Assembly (NCBI RefSeq): GCF_021054785.1
Contig: NZ_CP088239.1
Coordinates: 2,130,001 to 2,162,000, forward strand
Length of the DNA: 32,000 nucleotides
DNA from: Tannockella kyphosi
GTDB taxonomy: Bacteria > Bacillota_I > Bacilli_A > Erysipelotrichales > Coprobacillaceae
Direction: 5' to 3'
Within the stretch, counting starts at the first letter, position 1. Every line of letters starts with the position of its first letter. The position numbers and the translations under genes are program-made. This document shows, one piece after another, positions 27,286 through 32,000 of the stretch. Under the pieces are notes generated by a model. The model was not told where the DNA came from, did not search any database, and was given only the letters and a program-made list of their open reading frames with translations.

Positions 27286-28005
27286 TTATAGTTTAATATA
27301 GTCTTCTTTATGGATAAGAGATGCTGCATCTTGGTCTGCGATAACGGTTAGATTAGGATGCATTTTTAAGATAGTAGCAGGAACATCTTGATTAATAGGT
27401 TCATCTAAGAATCTTTTTAATATTTCTGCTTTTTCTTTTCCGTTGACAATCATGACTAGATGATTGACACGCATTAAGCTTTTTGGTCCCATGGTAAGGG
27501 TTGCTGGTTGATAGGGTCTATCTTTATAAGTTGGATTGACGGCTTGTTTTTTAGGGAAAGGGATAGAATAAGTATAGCTATCAAATGGAGTACATCTTGG
27601 GCAGTTGCCACAGAAGTGACCATCTTGTCCTAATCCAATGACCATGACATCAATACCTCCTACTTGTTTTATTTGATTATCAAATTCTAAATAATTATCA
27701 TTATCCATAATATGAATACGTTCATCAGGGATATTTGCATCTTTAAAAAACAAATCTTGTAAGTCTTGCCAGTTTGGTCCTATTTGACCATTTGTGTATG
27801 GGTTTTCATCAAAAAGATAATATTGAATATCTTTATAAGTATCGTTATCTTTGATCTTAGGGATCATCATTTGATACATTGTTTTAGGCGAACGACCACC
27901 TGTTAGTGAGATATTTACTCGTTTGTCTTGCATCATAGCACCTAGTACGATGTGCATAGCACTTTCGCTCATGGCTTGTTCGTCTTTTTCAATTATTAGT
28001 TTCAT
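27286..28005 (-). CDS. glucosamine-6-phosphate deaminase / 6-phosphogluconolactonase family protein (NagB/Pgl fold)
   Basis: 239 aa from MKLIIEKDEQAM. SLTGGRSP and IGLGQDGH motifs. AAGGAGAA RBS precedes the ATG at 28005. The longer track ORF (to 28152) adds a hydrophobic low-complexity extension that overlaps the dbpA start. Confidence 0.75.
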   Translation of the reverse strand: MKLIIEKDEQAMSESAMHIVLGAMMQDKRVNISLTGGRSPKTMYQMMIPKIKDNDTYKDIQYYLFDENPYTNGQIGPNWQDLQDLFFKDANIPDERIHIMDNDNYLEFDNQIKQVGGIDVMVIGLGQDGHFCGNCPRCTPFDSYTYSIPFPKKQAVNPTYKDRPYQPATLTMGPKSLMRVNHLVMIVNGKEKAEILKRFLDEPINQDVPATILKMHPNLTVIADQDAASLIHKEDYIKL

Positions 28006-28125
28006 TGTATTTCTCCTTGTCTTTATCTTTAGTATAATCGAAATAATCGAAAAAACAAAGATAAATACAAGTAGTATTTTGATTTCATTTGTGGTAGGAT
28101 AGAAAAGCGAAGAAAGAAGGATATT

Positions 28126-29574
28126 ATGGATAATAATTTTAAACAATATCAATTAGATAATGAAATAACAAAAGCTTTAGACTTGTTGCACTATACTAGT
28201 GCAACACAAGTACAGGAGGAAGTGATACCTTGCTTATTAAATAATAAAGATATCATTGTAAAATCAAAAACAGGTAGTGGAAAAACAGCTTCTTTTTTAA
28301 TACCAATATGTCAACATATACAATGGGATGAACTAAGACCACAAGCCTTAATATTAACTCCAACAAGAGAACTAGCAATGCAAGTACAAGAAGATGCATT
28401 TAATATTGGGCGCTTTAAAAGATTAAAAACAGTAGCTTTATATGGACGTAGTCCATTTCAAAGCCAAGCTAAATCTTTGAAACAAAAAACACATCTTGCA
28501 ATAGGGACCCCTGGAAGAGTGATGGATCATATTCAAAGAGGTACGTTGGATGTTAGTAATATCCAATATTTAGTAATAGATGAAGCAGATGAAATGTTAG
28601 CAATGGGTTTTATAGAACAAGTAGAAAACATTATTGATTACTTACCACAAGAAAGAGTAACAGTTCTATTATCAGCAACAATGCCAGAGTCAATTAAACA
28701 AATATCAAAACAATATATGAATAAACCAGTAAGTATTGAAATAGAACAAGAAGCATCTATTGATCACATAGAACAAAAGTTCTATCAAGCTAATGCTTAT
28801 GAAAAGTTAGATGTATTATTAGATGTTACTACGATTTTAGCACCTGAAACATGTATTATCTTTTGTAATACCAAAGAACAAGTAGATTTAGTATATGATA
28901 CATTAAATAGAAAACGTTATTCATGTAATAAATTACATGGTGGAATGGAACAAGAAGATCGTACCAGAGTAATTCAATCTTATAAAAGAGGGAAGTTCCG
29001 TTACTTAATAGCAAGTGATGTTGCTAGTAGAGGATTAGATATTGATCATATTTCTTTAGTAATTAATTATGATATTCCTTTAAAGAGTGATACTTATATA
29101 CATCGTATTGGAAGAAGTGGAAGAATTGGAAATAAAGGAATGGCGGTTACACTAATAGAAGATAACCAAGATAAATATGTAAAAGCTATTGAAAGAAAAC
29201 TAGATCATAAAATAATTTTTGATGTTAGACCTAGTGAAGATGAAGTAGAAGAAAATAAAGTTCACTTTCATAGTGTTATGCAAACAAGATTAGAATATAA
29301 AGAAAGCAAAACAGTGAAAGTTAGTAAAGATATTTTAAAGATACATATTAATGCTGGAAAGAAAACAAAGATGCGTGCGGTGGATATTGTAGGTACACTT
29401 TGTAATATAGAAGGAATTACAAGTAGTGATATTGGTATTATTGAAGTCCAAGATATTTCTACTTATGTAGAAATATTAAATGGGAAAGGAATGCAAGTAT
29501 TAAATGCATTGCAAAATAAACCTATTAAAGGAAGAATTAGAAAAGTAAGTAAAGCAAATACGAGAGACTATTAG
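28126..29574 (+). CDS. dbpA: DEAD-box ATP-dependent RNA helicase with C-terminal DbpA-type RNA-binding domain
   Basis: 482 aa. Q motif, SKTGSGKT, PTRELA, TPGR, DEAD, SAT, ASDVASRGLD, HRIGRSGR. The C-terminal 70 aa or so (KIHINAGKKTKMRAVDIVGTL...) resembles the DbpA/YxiN RBD. Confidence 0.88.
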   Translation: MDNNFKQYQLDNEITKALDLLHYTSATQVQEEVIPCLLNNKDIIVKSKTGSGKTASFLIPICQHIQWDELRPQALILTPTRELAMQVQEDAFNIGRFKRLKTVALYGRSPFQSQAKSLKQKTHLAIGTPGRVMDHIQRGTLDVSNIQYLVIDEADEMLAMGFIEQVENIIDYLPQERVTVLLSATMPESIKQISKQYMNKPVSIEIEQEASIDHIEQKFYQANAYEKLDVLLDVTTILAPETCIIFCNTKEQVDLVYDTLNRKRYSCNKLHGGMEQEDRTRVIQSYKRGKFRYLIASDVASRGLDIDHISLVINYDIPLKSDTYIHRIGRSGRIGNKGMAVTLIEDNQDKYVKAIERKLDHKIIFDVRPSEDEVEENKVHFHSVMQTRLEYKESKTVKVSKDILKIHINAGKKTKMRAVDIVGTLCNIEGITSSDIGIIEVQDISTYVEILNGKGMQVLNALQNKPIKGRIRKVSKANTRDY

Positions 29575-29588
29575 TCTCTCGTATTTTT
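29556..29588. terminator. perfect 14-bp-stem hairpin spanning the dbpA stop and the transposase stop (probable bidirectional terminator)
   Basis: aaatacgagagact (29556-29569), loop att, agtctctcgtattt (29573-29586), then tt. Both convergent ORFs end inside it. Confidence 0.7.
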
Positions 29589-31208
29589 ACGCTTTTTGCT
29601 TTGTTGGATGATAGAGTCCATTTTTTTAATACTAATGATTTCGTTATCTAAGCGGTAGTCTACTAAATTATGAAGAGCGTCACTTATTTCAGTTCTAGTA
29701 TAGAGAGATAGGTAACCTATATTATCTATCTTTTTAAATTTCATATCACGTAATGTTTTTTTAATTTGTTGGGATGTATATTTATATTCTAAACGATGTT
29801 TTAATAAGTGATCAAAATATAAACATAAGAAGTTGGTAGTGAAATGGACGTTTGCACGACTTTCTTTGGATAAGAAGATAGTTCTTGTTTTTGTATCATG
29901 TTTGACGTTTGAAAAGACGGATTCACTAGTGGAATGATAATTATAATGATAAATAAGAGTAGGGATATCATAAGAGGTAGTAGTGGTTAGTACAATAATA
30001 CCATCATAAAAAGAATCTTTATCTACTAATTCTATGAAATTAGATTTAGGATTTGCTTTTTCTGTTTTACTTTTATTATCAAATGAAATACTTAATAGAT
30101 GTTTTATTTCTTGGATATTTGCTTGACGTTTGTCTTGTTTTAATTGACGTATTTTAGGATTATATAGGGCAATGATACGTTTGGTTGTATTATCGATATC
30201 GATGGTTCTTTCTTTATAATAGTAGCCATCTTTTATTTCTTCTAAACTAAGGAGGCTAACTGGTTCTTTAGAACCGTTTATAAACCATCCATTATAGTTT
30301 TCTATCCATTGAATGATAGCAGTAGGTAAGTCTTTTATAGCTTGGATTGTAATGGTTTTTTTTGGTTTGTCTTTTAAAGCATTGATTGTTTCACTAGGAA
30401 AGAGTGAATCTTGGGTTACAACGAGTTTGGCATCTTTAAAATCTTCAATGATTTGACGGAATAGAGTACGGTTCATATGAATGTTTTGAGTAAAATAAGT
30501 AATAGGTAGATGGTTTTCATCGACAAAATAATAAACATTGGATGTAGGATTAAATTCTTTATCGTATTTTCGAACACGATACCCTGGATCGTTTTCGAAA
30601 ACATGATTAGTATGTAATAAGTGAATATGTTGATGATGAATAGAAAATAAGCGTTTGGATTGTTTGTATAAGAATAGTTCGATTTGATTTTTTTCTTTTG
30701 TAATGATTTCTAAGGCTTGGTACATTTTTACAACATCAATAGAGAACTCTTCTAATAAAGAAGCTGATAAACGTTGATATGTTTGAGTAGATGTAGGATA
30801 TAAGTAATGACAATAAATAAGTAGAGATAGAACAGTAGTAAGATCATAATCAAGCTGATAGTTTGATTGGATTTTTTGACATAATATATCTAGTTTAAGT
30901 TCATAGAAAATAGATTGAATAAATAAATAACCACCATTATAATTACTATAATGATTTAATTCTAATTGTTTAGAAGGATAAGTAACAACTAAATCCTGCT
31001 TTTCTTGCTTTAATAACTCAGTACACACGGTTGCTTGGTCTTTCGCCCAGGCAACCAGTGCATCGTAGTCATTATTGAATTGGGGTAATAGTTGTTCAAC
31101 AGTACCTAATTTCTTATGAATTTTGGTAGTGCTCTTGCCATTTTTACGAAAAGATTCGATGATATAGATGTTTTTAGCGTTTTTAGAAGATACAATACTG
31201 ATTCTCAT
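29571..31208 (-). mobile_element. IS1634-family (IS4-like DDE) transposase homologue; element ends not identified
   Basis: 545 aa. N-terminus MRISIVSSKNAKNIYIIESFRKNGKSTTKIHKKLGT, then NGGYLFIQSIFYELKL, HFTTNFLCLYF and LRDMKFKKI...GYLSLYTRTEISDALH match my recollection of IS1634-type transposases. No terminal inverted repeats found by eye. Confidence 0.7.
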
Positions 31209-31534
31209 TGTGTTTACGAAAGAATAAGATATATTCTTAGCTCCTTTTTATGTATATATCTATTTTATCACCATTTACTACACATTACCACAAATATTTA
31301 GTAAACTATTAGAAAAATATTACTAAAAAGGAAGAAATTATTTAGTAAAGTTGTCTAAATTTTAAGTAAATATGACTTAGAAAGAAGATGTAAATAGATA
31401 AAAATTTATAAAAAAAACACATTCACCCATAGTAATTACTAAAAATCCCAAAAATAGGATAGTTATTAAAAAATAATGTTAAATTAGTTTACTAAAAAGT
31501 AGTAAAAAATAGAAAAATAGTTTTTATGAAAGCC

Positions 31535-31562
31535 TTTACACAAAAAGAGTGCGTGATATAAT
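31535..31562 (+). promoter_or_regulatory. candidate sigma-A promoter of the mglB-like gene
   Basis: TTTACA (31535-31540), 16-nt spacer ending in TGA, TATAAT (31557-31562). This is an extended -10. Confidence 0.55.
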
Positions 31563-31595
31563 TACGGTATAGTGAATAATATGGAGGAGAAAAAT

Positions 31596-32000
31596 ATGAA
31601 AAAATTATTCAAAATTGCATTAACTGTTGCAATGGCATTCTCAATTGTAGGATGTAGTTCATCAGACTCAGAAGAAGAAGCAAAAACAGTTGGTATTTGT
31701 GTATACCAATTTGATGACAACTTCATGACAACTTATCGTACAGAATTAGAAGAAAAATTAACTGCTTTAGGGTATGAAGTAACTGTAGTAGACGGAAGTA
31801 ATGACCAATCTACTCAATCAGAACAAATTGATACTTTTATTGCTCAAGGTGTTGATGCTTTAATCATCAATCCTGTTATGACTTCTGCAGCATCAGAAAT
31901 CGTTGCTAAAGTTCAAGAAGCTGACATTCCAACTGTTTTAATTAACCGTGAACCAGAAGCTGATACTTATGCAGATTATGATAAAACCGCTTATGTAGGT
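31596..32000 (+). CDS. mglB: galactose/glucose ABC transporter substrate-binding lipoprotein (MglB-like), 5' part only
   Basis: Missing from the ORF track because it runs off the window. GGAGGAG RBS. Lipoprotein signal MKKLFKIALTVAMAFSIVGC. VYQFDDNFM, NDQSTQSEQID, LINREP and YDKTAYVG resemble E. coli MglB. Confidence 0.82.
   Translation, partial: MKKLFKIALTVAMAFSIVGCSSSDSEEEAKTVGICVYQFDDNFMTTYRTELEEKLTALGYEVTVVDGSNDQSTQSEQIDTFIAQGVDALIINPVMTSAASEIVAKVQEADIPTVLINREPEADTYADYDKTAYVG

Noticed and set aside
28006-28125. Direct repeat aatcgaaa x2 and an imperfect inverted repeat ctttatcttt/aaagataaa in the nagB-like/dbpA divergent region
   Set aside because: These are short, imperfect and in very AT-rich DNA, so they cannot be distinguished from chance without comparative data.
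28006-28152. 49-codon N-terminal extension of the nagB-like ORF (MILFKIIIHNILL...)
   Set aside because: It is low-complexity hydrophobic sequence that overlaps the divergent dbpA start. A good AAGGAGAA RBS precedes the internal ATG at 28005, where family similarity begins.
5343-31301. Remaining short overlapping track ORFs: 5343-5534 (-), 8516-8752 (-), 9542-9775 (-), 15915-16130 (-), 17928-18128 (-), 20300-20557 (-), 23140-23385 (-), 24431-24679 (+), 31116-31301 (+)
   Set aside because: All are embedded in, or antisense to, well-supported genes. They lack RBSs and encode low-complexity peptides.
29575-31330. Terminal inverted repeats or target-site duplications of the IS1634-like element
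   Set aside because: Comparing 29575-29620 with the reverse complement of 31209-31330 by eye gave no convincing match. Element boundaries are therefore left undefined rather than guessed.

Overview
Low-GC (about 30%) Bacillota-type chromosome, almost all on the + strand. It divides into a conserved housekeeping half and a more accessory half.

Housekeeping part (1-17.3 kb): Bacillus-like synteny blocks run gdpP(partial)-rplI-dnaB-tdk, then prfA-prmC-GNAT, then spoIIE-(EamA transporter)-tilS-hpt-ftsH-hslO-dusB-lysS. lysS is preceded by a clear Lys (AAA specifier) T-box leader.

Accessory part (17.3-32 kb):
- an orphan XRE-HTH/minimal-nucleotidyltransferase fusion
- an ABC exporter (ATPase plus an 829-aa double-FtsX permease) with an OmpR-type response regulator and histidine kinase
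- a frameshifted AlbA_2/winged-helix regulator gene interrupted by about 25 copies of a GC-rich 12-bp repeat
- a SorE-like MDR dehydrogenase
- a class 3 fructose-1,6-bisphosphatase
- a NagB/Pgl-family gene on the - strand
- a DbpA-type DEAD-box helicase
- an IS1634-like transposase gene (- strand) that seems to lack the first catalytic Asp
- the 5' part of an mglB-like sugar-binding lipoprotein gene

I found no rRNA, tRNA or CRISPR array. I could not recognise a convincing multi-gene novel system such as a defence operon.

The features least explained by ordinary annotation are:
1. three near-identical head-to-tail 135-bp units between tdk and prfA, each with a CCUCCC-loop hairpin and an intrinsic terminator (candidate multicopy sRNA)
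2. the 12-bp repeat plus A5 frameshift in the AlbA_2 regulator gene
3. the degenerate transposase, whose 3' end shares a perfect 14-bp palindrome with dbpA
4. an array of TTACTA/TAGTAA half-sites upstream of mglB
5. an unannotated 31-codon membrane microprotein between ftsH and hslO

All functional calls rest on motif recognition by eye and need database confirmation.
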